A stretch of DNA of 64,000 nucleotides from Octopus sinensis (Eukaryota), in contig NC_042998.1 in NCBI RefSeq assembly GCF_006345805.1, positions 83,824,001 to 83,888,000 of the forward strand, given 5' to 3'. A program made the translations under genes and the position numbers. The notes under the pieces were generated by a model. That model was not told the origin of the DNA. It saw nothing but the letters and a program-made list of their open reading frames with translations, and searched no databases. Of this stretch, positions 42,571 to 58,643 are shown in pieces (the stretch's first letter is position 1; every line of letters starts with the position of its first letter).

Positions 42571-45401
42571 AGAATAGTTGTGTAGGTGAAATATTACTTA
42601 ATGTTTGCTATACTGAAAGCGTTTAAATAAGATGCTATGGCAGAAAATGAAAACCAGTTGGTAATTTACGTCAGTTTTCCTTAAAATCTATTCATTGCTA
42701 ATTTAGTGGTCTTACTTAGTTACACTTAGATCCGTTGTGAACCCTTAGATTCCCAAGGCCGAAGAATCCGGTTACCATGGAATATAATAAGTAACAGAGA
42801 TCACAAACTACCCCTCTGAACAAAATTAAAATGGCTGCCGATCGTGAGGTTAACTTTCCAGTTATTGCTGGAATACATCTACAGCCAACTGGGTCTGGGA
42901 ATCGAAATTGCGATCTTACGATCGTGAGTGTAGTACTCTAAGCAACTAGGCCACGCTGATTAGTAGTCATCCTTTATTTATTAATAGGATAGCTGTATTT
43001 GTCTTAACCAGATGGAAATAAATCTTATGAAGATATATAATTTATGTAAAAGTTGTAAACTTTCGACTGGCATAACGGTTTATGTTATTAACAAAGAGTG
43101 GATGTCATCGATTGACTTTGTAATTGAAAACGCAACTATTCACATATTAAACATAGAATGGAGCGCAACTACTACACATTAAACATACTAGAATAAAGTT
43201 AACTGAGTGTTTAGAAACCAGAACAAATTTTCCATTATTAAAGATTTTGCTGAATCGCATGTTCAGTTGAAAAAGAAATTGTCAATCTTTGGACTGCATT
43301 AATAATTGCTTCAGGAACATTTCTAAGATGCAGTCAGGTATAAACTTCAATGCTCTCGGAGGATCTTTCTTTCTTTATCAGCAATTATTCCACACAACCT
43401 CAAACCGTTTTCTACCACTGCTTTTTCGTCACTAATTATTCTGTAAAACAGGTAATAATCATTGAACAAGCTACCTGATAAGCTTGAGCTAATGTATAAT
43501 TTATACATGACATTAAGGTATGCAATTGGTCTCTAGTATACTGTGAAGTGCAATATATAATTAACGGTTATGTTCTGTTTTCGCTAGAACAAGTCTCATA
43601 AGTTTGACATTTCTTTTCATACGTTTTAAAATAATGCAAAATTGATTTCTATAAAATGTCAAAATATTATGCCACTTGTTTATTAAGTCTCTTTCGAGAG
43701 ATTTCCTTTCATTTGGGCTTTAGCAGTATATTTTTGAAAGTATTTATTCGTTATGATAAACTTTACATGTAATCGTTGAACAACATATTTCATCATACCG
43801 TATTTGATTTAAATCTTTTCAATGACTCTCGTACACCATAACCAAAATTATTCCGCATCTTATATGCTAATATTTTGTACCTATAGATGGAGTAGCTTTT
43901 AAATTAATTGAGCATCTATTTATTCTTTGCTATCGACTCTGTAAAGTTTAAGTAACTAGTATCTATCAGTTTTCACATATGCAATCTTCGACAAAAGCAG
44001 ATGTTCTTTAACTTAAAGCATGCACATGAGAGAAATACGCTTTCTGTAATATAGAATTTATATACATTTAAGATAGCTTCCCTTTAAGACTCTTCAAGCT
44101 GTTGCTGATTAGAGATAAAATGTTTGCTTGACACCTAAGAACAGCATGGCTGATATCTATTTACAAGTCCATCCCTCGTATGATCAAGCAAAGAAATCGA
44201 TTTAATGCTCTATGATTTCATAGAGTTTCACTATATTTAATTCACTGGTATCATAGTTGCTGCTGCTAGTTTATTGCGACTGTGTAAATGAAAAGATTAC
44301 ATCTGAAAGCTCAGGTCTGTTTACTTGAACGATATCATTTAAAAAGCTGATCACTGTATCAACTAAATGCTATCCATCTTCTTCTTCTAAGCACTGTTCT
44401 GCAAGGACAGATCTTAAACAGGAAATGAATCGTTACAGATAGTCAGGTTACATCTACCTCTGCCATCAGTTGTATGGCGCTTTTTATCTCTCTTTTTACA
44501 AACACACTTAATGCTAAAACACCCAGTCCATTTAGCTGCACACAAGTATCATGAGGAAAGCCAGTTTTCTTCTGTAATGAGCAATCAGTAGAAACAGTAG
44601 AGTAGACAATTAATTAACGTTTCGTCTGTTTGCAATCCTCAGTTCGAATCTAACACTAACCTCATTTCCCGTTAGTAGGAAAACAATCTCTTAGTCACTT
44701 AATGTGGAGAATTAAATAGACATTAAAATAAGTGAAATGTGTTTTCGGCGGCGAGCTAGCAGAATCATTAGCATGTTAGACAAAAAGCTTAACAGCATTT
44801 CTTGCAAATCTTTACATCCTGATTTCAAATCCTGTCGAGGTCATCTTTTCCCTTTACCCATCCCGCTTCCGGGGATCGATACGATGAAATAAATTACCAG
44901 TGAAGGGTCAAAATAATCGGCTTTGCCCCTTCCCTCAAAATTGCTCGCATTGAAACCTGCAATGGACCAGTGTGTCGTTCAGGTGAATTGTTGTGATCTC
45001 GGTCATTTGTACGTCATGGAAACATCGTGACCGACTCTAAGAACTTGGAGTCGAGAAAAATATCTAAAAAGAATGCTGGGGATAACGTATACAATGTAAT
45101 CAGTCAAAATTTTATGATCGAAATTTCATCTTAAAAAAGGAAAATAATTAATCTCAAATTTTGGCACAAGGCCTGCAATTTCAGGAGATTGTATGTATAA
45201 GTCGATTATCTCGACACCAGTACTCAACTGGTATTTATTTTATCGACTTTACAGTATTTCATCGGGTGCTTTACTGAGTTCAAATCCCGCTGGGATGAAC
45301 TAATCAAATACGCCTTTCATTCTTTCGAGTGTCAATAAAATAGAATGAACGTCCTACTCTGTGTGTGTGTGTGCGCGTGTGTGTGTGTGTGTGTGTGTAT
45401 A

Positions 45402-45459
<58 letters not shown>

Positions 45460-45474
45460 CATACATTTATCTTT

Positions 45475-46770
45475 TCCTTATTTCAGTCATTACACTGAGG
45501 CCATACTGGAGCACCACCTTGAGGAATTTTTAGTCGAACGAATAGACCTCGGTGCTTATTTTCTTAAGCTTCGCACTTATTTTGTTGGCTTCCTTTTACC
45601 GAACCGCTAATGCTTAGTGGGGTTGTAAACGCACCAACACCGGTTGTCAAGAGGGTAGGGGCCAAACACAGACATAAAGACATACACACATAGATATGTA
45701 TTTTTATACGACTGGCTTCTTCCGGACTCCGTCCACAAAATCCACTCACAAGGCTTCGATCTGCCCTAAACTATAGTATTGAGTTGAGGGATAATTCATG
45801 AGAATTTTTTTCAAATTTAAAAATGCACGCAGAAATAATATGCATTGGTAAAATGTTTTGAGTTATTTGAAAGAGGAGTTTTTGCTTTACAAGATAGTGT
45901 GTTTTGACTTTTCAATTTTATTGACTTTTGTGCATTTTCAGATCATTGTGGACAAAACTGAGCATTTTCAACATCATTTGCTTTTTGCATTTAATCGAGG
46001 TGTTAAGTCCGCCGAAGCTGTTCGTGAGATTTGTTCCGTGTATCGAGAAGGAGCAAGGCCTCGAAGTACCGCCCACCATTGGTTTTCACGCTTCAAAAAT
46101 GGGAATTTTGACCTCAAGGAGGGATCTCACATCGATCGACCAATTGAATTTGGTGGACCACCTTCACTCAATGGGCAAGGTTCATAGCTGTTTTTTTATC
46201 ACAATCTATCTACTTCACCAATTTTCTGGTCGGTTGACGTGGATTTTCGTGAAGAAGTTGATTCAATCGCTCTTCATCGAACTCAATTGGTTGACCAATG
46301 TGTGATCTGTCCTTGAAGTCAAAATTCCAATTTTTTGAAGCGTGAAAACCAATGGCGGGCGGTACTTTGAGGCATTGCTCCTTCTCCATACTCAACGCAA
46401 ATCTCACGAATAGCTTTGGCAGGTTTAATACCTCGATTAAATGCAAAATGCAAATAAATTGTGTTGAAAATGCTCAGTTTTGCCCACTTGACATTCCATT
46501 TTAATGATCTGAAAATACATAAAAATCAATAAAATTGAAAAGTCAACACACACTATCTTCTAGAGTAAAAGATTCCCTTTCAAATAACATGAAACATTTT
46601 GCCAATGTGTTTTATTTCTGCATCCATGTTCAAATTTGTAAAAAGCGTTCATGAATCATTCCTCAACCCAATAGAAAACAATTGTCCAAGGTCACATGCA
46701 GTGGAACTAAACCCGTCACCATATGATTTGAAAGCAAAGTTCTTAGAACACATCTATACCTGTGCCTGTA
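45475..46770 (-). mobile_element. SINE family 1 interrupted at a TA by a mariner-derived element
   Basis: SINE sequence ...aaactatagTA stops at 45778 and resumes as TAgaaaacaattgtccaagg at 46672. Confidence 0.75.
45779..46671. mobile_element. Palindromic mariner derivative made of two inverted 5' halves
   Basis: TA TSD and termini ttgagttgagg / cctcaacccaa. Both arms encode the mariner N-terminal HTH (EHFQHHLLFAFNRG..AEAVREIC.VY..WFSRFKNGNFDL..RP). Confidence 0.85.
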
Positions 46771-48497
46771 TATATAATTATAGCCTGAAGACGGCATTAT
46801 AAATATCTGCCTAACCACGTGTCTTAATGACAAGAATCTATGATTAGGTCTTATTTTAATACAGTGTACATTAATTGATACATACATACATACATACATA
46901 CATACATACATACATACATACATACATACATACATACATACATACATACATTAGTCCACATGTCTAAACATTCAAAGAGTTGTGTATAGTCCCTGATAGC
47001 ATGTGTATGGCTTAATACAGCAGTGTTTCGTTGCAAACACTTTGTTAGAGTAATAGATACCACCTATGGTATCTGTTGACAGCCAAGGGCATTGGGTTAC
47101 ATGAGATTAAGTATTGTTGATACAGTGACAGCACAGTACCAAAGGCAGGGTATGAACTACAAACATTCTCTTTAACAATTCAGCAATTTCTTGACTAAAA
47201 CAGCTGTGGTTCCCTCTGCCACATCCCTCCCTCTCCCTCACACTCTCTCTCTCTCTCCCGCGTCTCTCTCTCCATTCCTCCCTCCCTTCCTCTCTCTCTA
47301 TCTATATATCTATCTATCTCTTTTTCTGTATTTCTTCTTTATGGTATCTTCATGTCAACAAATTGTATTTGCGGAATCCATTTACAATGCAATGTAACGG
47401 CGCCTTGACATAGGACATCATGGTGATATTGTACACAAACATATTTATAAGAAAACAAACTAAAGATTTTGAATTCACTGAATCATTTTGATTTTCGTGT
47501 GACAGACAACAATGCTTGTTTATTTGCCCATTTATCACTTGCTGAATCTTAAACGTAACATCTTAATCAATACGTTTCTTTGTCCATCTAATGTAATTCA
47601 TAAAATTAAAATGTCCCACGAAAAAGACAAATATATTGACAACCGTTTAGTAGCAGACTGTCCTTCGTCCGATGTACAGATTAAATGAGCATTGCTTTGT
47701 CAAACTTTGTTTTCAAAAATACATCAATAGAATCTCATGAGAAATGATAAAAGCGAATTGAATAGAACTGATTCAAAAGAGAGAGAAAAGGAAGGGAAAT
47801 AAAAATACAAACCATAACTATCTGGTTAAGATGTGATAATAAAAAACAGTATTTTAATAGTAAAACATAAAGGAAGCCATCTTGTTATCTTGTTTGCCTG
47901 TTTTTATTCATATAATTTTCCTCTTACAATACAGTAAAATACAACAAATTTATTACAACCGTGTACTAAACATAAAATAATGTCAACTTAGATATGAAAT
48001 CATGCATAGTCATGAAATATGAATTACACATGGTTTAGAGAAGACCAACATTTTTACAATATAGAAGCATCCATACACAACTGAACCGACCATTCTAGTA
48101 CAATGTACGTGACTGTCAATTCTCTAGGTGTTTTACTTCGTTACGGTATTATTTTCTCTTTTATAAAAATTAATAAATATGAACTCTACTAAAAAGTATT
48201 CCGAGATCTTTCGTTTTGATGTTAAGTAGTTTCAATATTTTATCGTTTACTTGTGTCAGTCACTGGACTTCCTTAAAGTGTTTTGTTGAACAAATCAATC
48301 CCATGATTTATTTTTTAACTCTGGTAATTATTCTTTCATTTTCATAGGCTGGACCGCTACTTTACAGGAACAGCCCGATTATCAAGCGATGGTGCTGAAC
48401 AAACATACACACATACATGTGCCGCGCGACGGGACTGAACCTGAAATCACGTGGTAGCAAAGCGAGCTTCTCAATTACATAGTCCTGCCTGCGCCTA

Positions 48498-49160
48498 CGA
48501 GGTGTTAGCAAAACTTTCCCAGACTAGTTCTGTAGCGCGCCAACATATGGCAGCTGACGGTTGCGTGCGCAGTGAGATCTAGCAGTGACCTTCACGTGCC
48601 GAGTGACATTGTTGTGTTTACTTTGCAAGTTGTGAAATTCGTGCTTTTGTGATCATTGTGTACGCTGTGGTTTGCGATTTTGACATGGACAGGAACAAAG
48701 AGCCAATGTGAAATTTTGCGATATACTTAAGAAACATTGAGTATACTTCAGCAAGCTTACGGTGATGAAGCAATGTGGTGCACGCAATTTTCCGAGTGGC
48801 CGGGGCGCTTTAAAAGCGGAAGAACGTCCCTAGAAGACGGTGAACGATCTCGAAGACCTGCCAAGAGCATCACCCCCGGAAATGTGGTATTGTGCATCGA
48901 GAGTCCGTCCCCGCAAGGCCAGACCATCAATCGAGAGTTCTACAGCGAAGTTTTGAAGCGTTTGAGGGAGGACATTTGACTAAAGTGACCGAGTCTGTGG
49001 AGTGAGAAGAATTGCATTGTTCACGACGACAATGCACCTTGACACCGAACTTTCCTTGCTCGAGCTTCTCGCCAAAGACACCATGGTATCACTTCTGCGC
49101 ACGCCCCCTATTCGCCAGATTTAGTACTTTCCATCTCTTCCTCAAGATTAAAAGTCATTT
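48498..49160 (+). mobile_element. Internally deleted mariner transposon remnant
   Basis: TA|CGAGG start. Translation gives LQQAYGDEAM..EW..RFKSGRTSLED..RP, then PQGQTINREFYSEVLKRL and an HDDNAP motif. Confidence 0.82.
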
Positions 49161-50451
49161 ACATGAGGAGAAAAAAACAGACAGACAGATGGACAAGCTG
49201 AATCTGGTTTGGAAAACGCATTAGTTATTGAATGAAGGATTGGAATATCATCTTACGTTATGTTATTTATGCCGCCATTTAGCAAACACACCTTCTATAA
49301 TTTATCCCATACAAAATTCAGCTATTAGATTAGACACCAACGTATTTGAGCGCAGACACGTTCAAAAGAAAGCAAATTATACACTCGGCTCTTATAGTAA
49401 CAACGTTCAACTAACTATAGTTATGGAATATTAATTTCAAATTCATCATATTCATTTGCATATTGGTTTCACACCGTAAGAAAAAGAAAATTCTGCATAG
49501 GAAACAAAGGAGAATGATTTGATTCACATAGTATCAAAGTCGCTGATCATAATTTCAGCTAACATATAAGATTACGTATGCTCTTTAAGCACGATTTTAG
49601 TATGTAAACTACCGGGTTTAGCATGTAAATACCGAGGGAGTAGGATGTGGTAAAGAAGTCAAACAGTTTGCTGTATAATTTAATCTCTGAATTTTTGTGT
49701 GGGATTAATTATAGTTGATGCGTTTATTGTATGGCGAATCTAAGTAAGTTAGTGTACGCTGAGATTTCAATTCATCACTCAATGACTTGTGTATTTCTCA
49801 ACTTGTATGCAAGGGGAGCTATAGTCAGTAGTTAGCAACCGAATCAACCGCCTTGGTAGAAAAGTTTCGCACTGGTAACATGAAATATATTGAGCTTCCA
49901 ACGCTTTCGAAGAACGTAATTAAAATTTATTGGGTCCCCAAAATGTTCTAAGAATGTAACCCCTGTATGCTGGAGTTTATCATTGAGAAACCGATAAATT
50001 TTAAGATTTTAATGGCGTAAATTTAGAATTACACGCTTCTACCGAAGCAGAGGCTTCAGCTGTCTCATACTGGTTACGAACCTGCAAAATTGCCAATTCA
50101 TAAGTTGATAAAAAGATATTCTAAAAATGTGTTTTCTGCTTAGTAAGTAAACATGATTGAACTACTTGTTATTATATTATTACAACAATTTATAAGTGGG
50201 TTATTTTCTGAAATGCATCAAATCCAAACGTCTCTTATTGGGAAGAAAATACCTTCAGTTAAATACAATCCGCTTATTCTTTGCTTTTATAGATTTGAAA
50301 ATATATTCTTTTTCTCTTTATTTGCTTCTGTCATTGAAGTGCAGCTATGCTGATGCATGGCTTTGGAAGATTTAGTCAATCAAAATTAACTGTAGTACGT
50401 TTGTGGATTTGGTTTGCAAGATTCTTTATGTGAGTTTGTGTATTGAAGCAT

Positions 50452-50697
50452 ATTTTATTGCGTCAGGAGAGAGTCATTCTCTTTTAGTGCCTTATTATTT
50501 AACACACTCACCGGTAAAGTTTCCACTCATTTAATTATGTATTTTTCCCAAAATTTTCGTTGCATTTTGCAACTTTTTCAAGACGCAACGAAAATTTTAG
50601 GGAAAATAAATAAGTAAATGAGTGGAAACTTTACCGGTGAGTATGTTAAATAATAAGACACTAAAACAGAATGACTCTACCCAGACACAACAAAATA
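50452..50697. repeat. Inverted repeat (~115-bp arms) inserted in an old SINE
   Basis: tattttattgcgtcagg..ttttcgttgc is mirrored by gcaacgaaaatttt..cacaacaaaata. Flanked by tagtac/tagtac. Confidence 0.85.
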
Positions 50698-53600
50698 ACT
50701 TTAGTACATTTTCTTAAAGTCTGGTACTTATTTTATCGGTCTGTTTGACCGAACTGTTAAATTCCGAGGACATAAACAAGCCAAAACTAATTGTCAAGCG
50801 GTGCGAGATAAACATAAACCGGACACACATACTCATAGTCATACAATACGGGCTTCTGTACAGATTCTGTCGAGCAAATTCTTTCGGAAAGCATTGATCA
50901 CCTTCAGGTTATAGTAGAAGACATCTGCGAAAGGTACTTCTCAGTGGGACTGAACCGGAATTTACACGATTGCGAAGCCAATGTAAGTATCTTGAAACTT
51001 ACTAAGTCAAAATTGAGATTCAAATGTTCATATCCACATTATTTTAGAGATGGGGATGAAAATAAAGATATTCGACAAAGTTACAACGGTATGGTTAACA
51101 TAATTTGTTTAACTGCGAACAAAATTTCTATCTACAGCGCCAAATTAAAGAAACTTAACACAATCAATGATCAGGAAATTGCTATCTCAACTTTTGTTTG
51201 AGATTCATCATTTCTGATAATGTTAAATATTGTCTTTTTCTTGTGTTTTTATAATGAAACTAAGCAAGTTTACATATGTCTGATCATTATGTCGTGTCTA
51301 TTACAATGTTTGCGAATACGCCTACACCATTGTCTCGATGAGAGAATTGTATAGTGTTTATACCTAATCCAGTGGAAACCAGACTTGCTATATGTCAAAC
51401 GAAAGTTGAAATTACAATTCTCCGACTGATTATTTATATTTAGTAAGCGCCTTTGTTAACTTTTACACTGAAATCCCTTTCCATCGAGATTAAATACGTT
51501 TACACATATCAAATTTATTACAGCTCAGAAATATATGAAGGAAGTTATCAGTTTCTGGTTTGTTAAATATAATTAAAAGTGGTCCTAATGGTGGGATTGA
51601 GTTAAAATTCCTTGCTTGCAATTCCTGACAAAAGTGTTTTACTTCACACAACGTCACTAATACACTTTAAGCAGGCATTAACATCACAGAGTCATTGTCA
51701 GCTCTTATAGGTCTGAAATCTTATATATATTTGTGAAATCAAGCCGTTGATTCTCTATGTTGAGAACCCTGCGAAATGACAAGTGATTTGAGTTATTTCA
51801 GCTCTTAGTGGAAGAGATTTCACTTGTAGTATTAATGTCCTTGTCACTGAGAATAGCATGATGATTTCTTTATTATTTTTGACGCGAGGCGGCTGAAGTT
51901 TAGAGCTTTGGTATTTTGTCAACATACAAATCCTTTATTTGATTTTCTTTCCATGTATTACACCAAAAGGTGCAGTATATAGCCATCGTATTGGCATGAG
52001 TGTTTTCTCTGTTTCCTTCTTTCAAAACAATATCATACAGAAAGTTATTAACGAATGGAGTACAAAACGACAATTTTCCAACCTTAATGTCTGCAATGCT
52101 CACTAATATAGTAAACTTGAAGAAAGGAATTTAAGCCTTTCCAGCTTAACCTATTGAAACGGTATCATTTTAGAGCGAACACTGAGAAGAGCAGCTACTA
52201 TATATTCAAAACTTGGTTTGGGGATATTAGTTTTGAAATCGGAGAAGAAATAATCCACACTGCCAAAGAACATTCCATTAACCTCTTAGGTATTTGTAGA
52301 TAGTGTTAATTCCAAGTATATTTTTACGTTGATTTCGTACATAGAGACAAACAGGAAAACTTGAAAAATAGATATTCTGACCGAAATCTTGACTGTCAAA
52401 CTCTTTATCTTTATAAACACTCTGTCAGCTATAATAGAAGCCGACCCTTGAAACTATGAATTCTCAATTACAGCTAGATAGATCAAGTTTATGGATTTCA
52501 ATTATATACTTCTACGAAGGTTCAAATTATGGGACCTTAACTTTCTTCTCAAGTTGTTGTTATTCTAATAGATCGAAATCTAAACTAAATCTTTCTTGCG
52601 AATATGCCTTTAAAAAATTGATGTATCAGAAAGTTTATATAAACAGTAATAAACAGAAAATATACGTATCGACAGATATCAATTAATACAGATATACGTG
52701 CTATCTTTCTAAAACGCAAAATGATTTTTGGAAAGCAATTCCATTATTAAAAAGCTAACGAGATTGCTCCCAATGTCTTACACTTCATATGAACTATATA
52801 AAAGCTGTATACCACGTTTAGGGAAGAAATCGATGCTGTTCTTTTACTATAACTTCTCACTGTATCAATTTATTACATTATATTATATACTCTATGTTAA
52901 CATTTTCATTTTATATTAATTTCTATTCAGCGTCTTTAAATCTACATCGTTTCACATTCAAAATACACAAGTTCACAATGCCACAAGTGCCATAGTAAGA
53001 TAGATATGAAGGTGACGTAATCAATTCAAGTATAGTTTAGTGAGAAAAATTACATTCTGAAACGAGCTTTGCTTTCTTTATACTTTATTTCTATATTTAT
53101 TTCTATATCTTTTTTGCAAAAGCTTTTGTCATATCCGAATGTATGACATCCTTAATTAGATTAGAAGCATGCTAATGGATTTGTAACAAAATGACTGTTC
53201 ATCTCCACGCTTTGCTATAGCAACAATGGCACTGTTGCAAATATGTTTCATCATATAATATTACTAGTATAGAAATTTTAAATAAAGTTAATGTATGCCC
53301 GTGCTTTTATGAAATTCTCCAAGTCTTGTTATTCGATCGACACGTTCGAGAACAAGGCAAACTAGAAGATATTTTGTGAAGCCTTTTTGGATTATTGATT
53401 GTTCCAGCTTGTCATTAAAATAAATTTTGGCACATTAAACGAACATCTTCGCATAAAAAATAAGACATATGGAATCTTGTGAGCGAGGAAATTTGTGCCT
53501 CGAAAGACGTGAATCATGAATTCTGTCAGATGAAATAAAATTTCACAGAAAGGAGAGAAACTATGTAATTAGGATGAATACGGTTTATAGGAAGTGAAAC

Positions 53601-54247
53601 CAAAATGATATTTTGTTTTGTTAAAATTTGTGCCTGTTGTTTTGTTGCTATTTCTTCCAGTCATAAGATGTTAGTTACTGTCGATATTTACCAAACCCCT
53701 CGCATGTGTCTTGAAATCTTTTACAATTCTTTAGTAACATGACTCATATAAAAATTCTACATCAGTTTTAAAATTCTTCCACATATATTTTCAAATTAAT
53801 ACAAGTGTATTTGTATATATGCGTGTGTGCGTGTGTGTATCTGTGTTTATGTGTGTGTACGTGTATGTGAGTGAGAGAGAGAGAGAGAGAGAGAGAGGTT
53901 TGTGTAGATAAATATGTGTCTGTTGAATTAAGGACGAACCGTCAAAAGCACAAATATGTTAATTAAGTCATCCACGAGGATAATAGCTTAAGTTCTGACT
54001 CCTTTACATAGCAGACTAATATCCTCTGCTTTCGATTGGTGAGCATATCGGGTATGCCTCTTCCGAGTAAAGGTCAACAGATTATCAAACGGTCTGTCGA
54101 AAATGTCCCCTTCTTTTTTTCTGCACATCAACAGTATCGAAAGACTTTACATTCTTATAGTTTCCACCCAAATATTTCAAATTATTCTACTCTTTCTCTT
54201 TCATGCGGGTGTGAGTTATATATTCAGGTATATGCACACATACACAC

Positions 54248-54308
<61 letters not shown>

Positions 54309-54331
54309 CATACATACATACATACATACAT

Positions 54332-54368
<37 letters not shown>

Positions 54369-55006
54369 TACATACATACATACATACATACATACATACA
54401 TACATACATACATACATACATACATACATACATACATACATACATACATACATGGATTAAATTTGAAGATAAGTGTTATCTTTAAGCTTAATATAGGAAG
54501 CCTGAGCTAGTAAGTCAAAGACGTTTTCTTTGGGATTATTTCATTTGGTTGACATACGAAAATGACTGGAATTCAATCCATTCTTCGAACCACAATCTAA
54601 CTGTTCGTGATTTGGAATATATTCAGAGTAAATTGATGTTAAACGTTAAAATGTAAGAATTCTAGATGTATATTAAACGAGTTAAACAAACATCAGAATG
54701 TGCTTCAATCGTATTTCTTTGGATAACCAAACCGTTGTTTTTGCTTTCGCTTATTTAGATATATTTCTTTCTTCTTAATGGTAAAACTTAAACATACATA
54801 AATATCACGTTAAGCTTTAGGAAGCCAGACAGTCCTAATGACTTCGTATATAGCAAAGTATAAAAAAATTTAGAAGGAAAGCTTACGCCCATGCTGTTAC
54901 TATAGCATTAGTGACGTAAGCTGGATGAAGTGGCAACCATGAAGAAGAGAATCAAAATCGTGCATCTTCTCTGTAGTCAAAATTTAATTATAAAATAATT
55001 GCTTAC

Positions 55007-55172
55007 CAAAAGATGCGTCAAATACGGAGCTGTCGACACTGGTATCACTTCGTGCACTGATGCTGCTGGTTTCTTCTGGATGTTGGTCGCTACGTGTACT
55101 ACCTCTGGATACTGTCGAAGTAGACGATGAATGGGGTTGAACAGTCTTAGCTTCTTTCGTCATCTGTAATTC
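55007..55172 (-). CDS. Syt: Synaptotagmin-family gene, coding exon (Ser/Thr-rich linker before C2A): ELQMTKEAKTVQPHSSSTSTVSRGSTRSDQHPEETSSISARSDTSVDSSVFDASF-G
   Basis: Minus-strand acceptor cttaacag|GAA (alternative ttacag|ATG at 55163) and donor TTTG|gtaagc. The frame is open, and its phase-1 end joins the phase-1 start of the 26394 exon to give ASFG-SIRPDLY. Confidence 0.7.
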
Positions 55173-55844
55173 CTGTTAAGATATAAACAGAAATATTCAG
55201 TTATTAAAAAGCATTTATTCGTAGATATTTCATGTATTTCTTGCCTTTTTCTTTTTTTTCCGCTAAAATTACAGATTTAAGTGAATTAAGCATAGCTTCA
55301 AGTCCCAACATCTACAATTATTGAACTCATTACTTGAAGACATAATTATGAGTTTCGTCATGACTTTGTACTACTGAACTGAACAAAGAGGCGCAAATTA
55401 ATCCCAGACAGCATAAAAACTTCATAGAATAAATTAATTATTATAGAAAGGAATGGAGTTGAAATTAAACCAATGACAAATAAGGTAGTTCTCAAAATTC
55501 TCTTTGTTCTCTTCAATTTGATTATTGTTACTACGGGAACACTGTTGGAGACAATTTGATTATTCATGCTGGGCTAGTTTCTAATGACCGTAAAGTTATT
55601 TCCGGATTTTATACAGCTATACTTATGAAATATCATTTAATAATACACGGCCTATATTTCGTTCGTTTATATATTTCTCTTCATTGGTGAACAGTGCTGT
55701 AAATACGATTTTTAAAAAACAGTTGAAATGGTCTTTATATGTTTATTTTAACATACAAAAGTCAATCGCGGATAATAATACAACGGTATGATGACATGCT
55801 GAAATATAACCATCAATTGTCAAAGAATAATCAAGATTTCAGGC

Positions 55845-56580
<736 letters not shown>

Positions 56581-58643
56581 GAAGGTAGAAGAAAATGTTA
56601 CAAATCCAACAAGATTTTACTTTTCCTCATTTAATAACTAATAGTAAGCATTTAATACTTTCTTTAAAATGAAATTTTGAGTAATTTATGATCACTAGTT
56701 GTTGATGGCAATGTGATATGTGAGTCTGATTTACTAAAACCGCGCTATTTTACACTATCTTCTGGATGGATGGTATGTCATCTTTGTTAGATATAATGTT
56801 CTAGTCTGCGTAATATGTGCTTGATTTATTTGATTTATTAGTAACAGGTCATTCGATACTGCCCGGTAGGAGTAAAATAATTTATAGCTGTCTTCACTAA
56901 TTTACAGGACATCCAGTCTAGCGTTCACTCTAATGTGTGTAACGAATAATGAGCGCTACAAATATGGCCTTTGCTCAAAATTAATGAAAATTAAACAGCA
57001 CGAATATCTATCGATATATGATGGGAACGGATTTCGTGAAAATTTTGTTTTCAACCTTTTTTAAGTGGAAAAACAAATTATCGAAAGTTAGGCATTGCAA
57101 TGGAAGAAGATTTCGGAAATAAATAATGCGGGGGAAATGAATAACAGTCAAGCAGTGTCTATATCCAACGGTACTATGAAAATGAATATTTCGGGAAAAT
57201 ATATTGATAATGACTAGATAAACTCTAGAGAAATCTAGCACCAAGTTATAAAAGCTTAAGAACCACCCTATCAATGGTAAGCTAAGATTCATATCAATTA
57301 ATTATTCTCTATTCGTACACAACTGGTTAGATTTCTTAAGCTGGATTAACGTAGTGAATCAGGAGCGTTAAGCTGCTTAACAGAAAGTAATCTGTCTACA
57401 AGTGGAGTTTTGATGTTATTATATTTAGCTTTAAGAAAACGGTTTGGAATTAATTTAGAGCAAACTGTCTGTTTGGGAATCCATTCCCTTCTCCGTTGTT
57501 TCATATAGGGCAGGAGTCAACTATTGTGATATAAAGACGATTAAAGAGTAATATCTATATAGTTGCCTACCAGAACAATTAACTGAATTTATGAATGTCA
57601 AATGGCTCATTTAAGAGAGAAACGGACATCAGACTGCAATAAGCAGAATCACTGCCATATTGAGGTCGTGGTTACTTATATAATCGATACAGTTTATGAC
57701 ATATGAAGGAATTCTTTTTAATTCTGTTTTGACTTATCTGAGTTTACTTTTCTGTCCTTACAGTTTTCTTTTAACAGACGAGCACTAAAGTATGTCTAGA
57801 TAGTGTATTAATCTTTTAGCTAGACGGGAAGGCGATACTCTTGAACTCCTTCAGGAGATGGGTGTAGAGGGATGTAGGCATTCTCAAGCCTGATGTCTGA
57901 CCCTAATGCTTGCAACGAGTGGGTTCCGCTAAAGGCATACAAGGTCCCAGGTGGTATTAAATCGAGTGACGGTTTAATTTTATCGCCCAAGTTAAATATT
58001 GTTTGACTCGTTATAAGGCCAACTAATTTTGGTCACATTTAAACATAATTTATAGCCAGGCCTCGCATAAGGCCAACGATTTTGACCTGAACCTAAAAGT
58101 AGTTTATAAACAGGCTTCAATGCAGTTCCTTTATTTTATTTTATTTTATTTTTTTTGACAATTCAAAAATATCCCAAACTTTCAAAAAAAAGAGAAATGG
58201 AAAATGTTTCATTAATGTAATGACACATTTGGATGTTAAATTATTTCAAAACATTTTAGGTTGCCTGAAGATTACTCCACAGATTTCGCCATTGTTAAAC
58301 TAAATATCGATTTTTAACACAAAAAGATTTGTGTTAGTTTTTTGTTGCTTTGGATTGTTGGTGTTGTTTTTTCGTTGTTTTTTTTTGTTTGTTTTTTTGT
58401 CTTGAAAATCATCGATACCTGCAATACACAAATTATTTGCTATGGACATGAACTGTGAAGTCACGGACCAATAAAATGTTAAAAATCGACGGTGCATATT
58501 CATGAACATGACATCATTGAAATCTGCAAATTCTCTACACATTCTAGGCCTCACAATTTTCGATAAATACTTTGCCCCAAAATCGCACATAAGTCATAGT
58601 CGAATGGTTAAAAACAACTAATGCACGTATATAAATATTTAAG

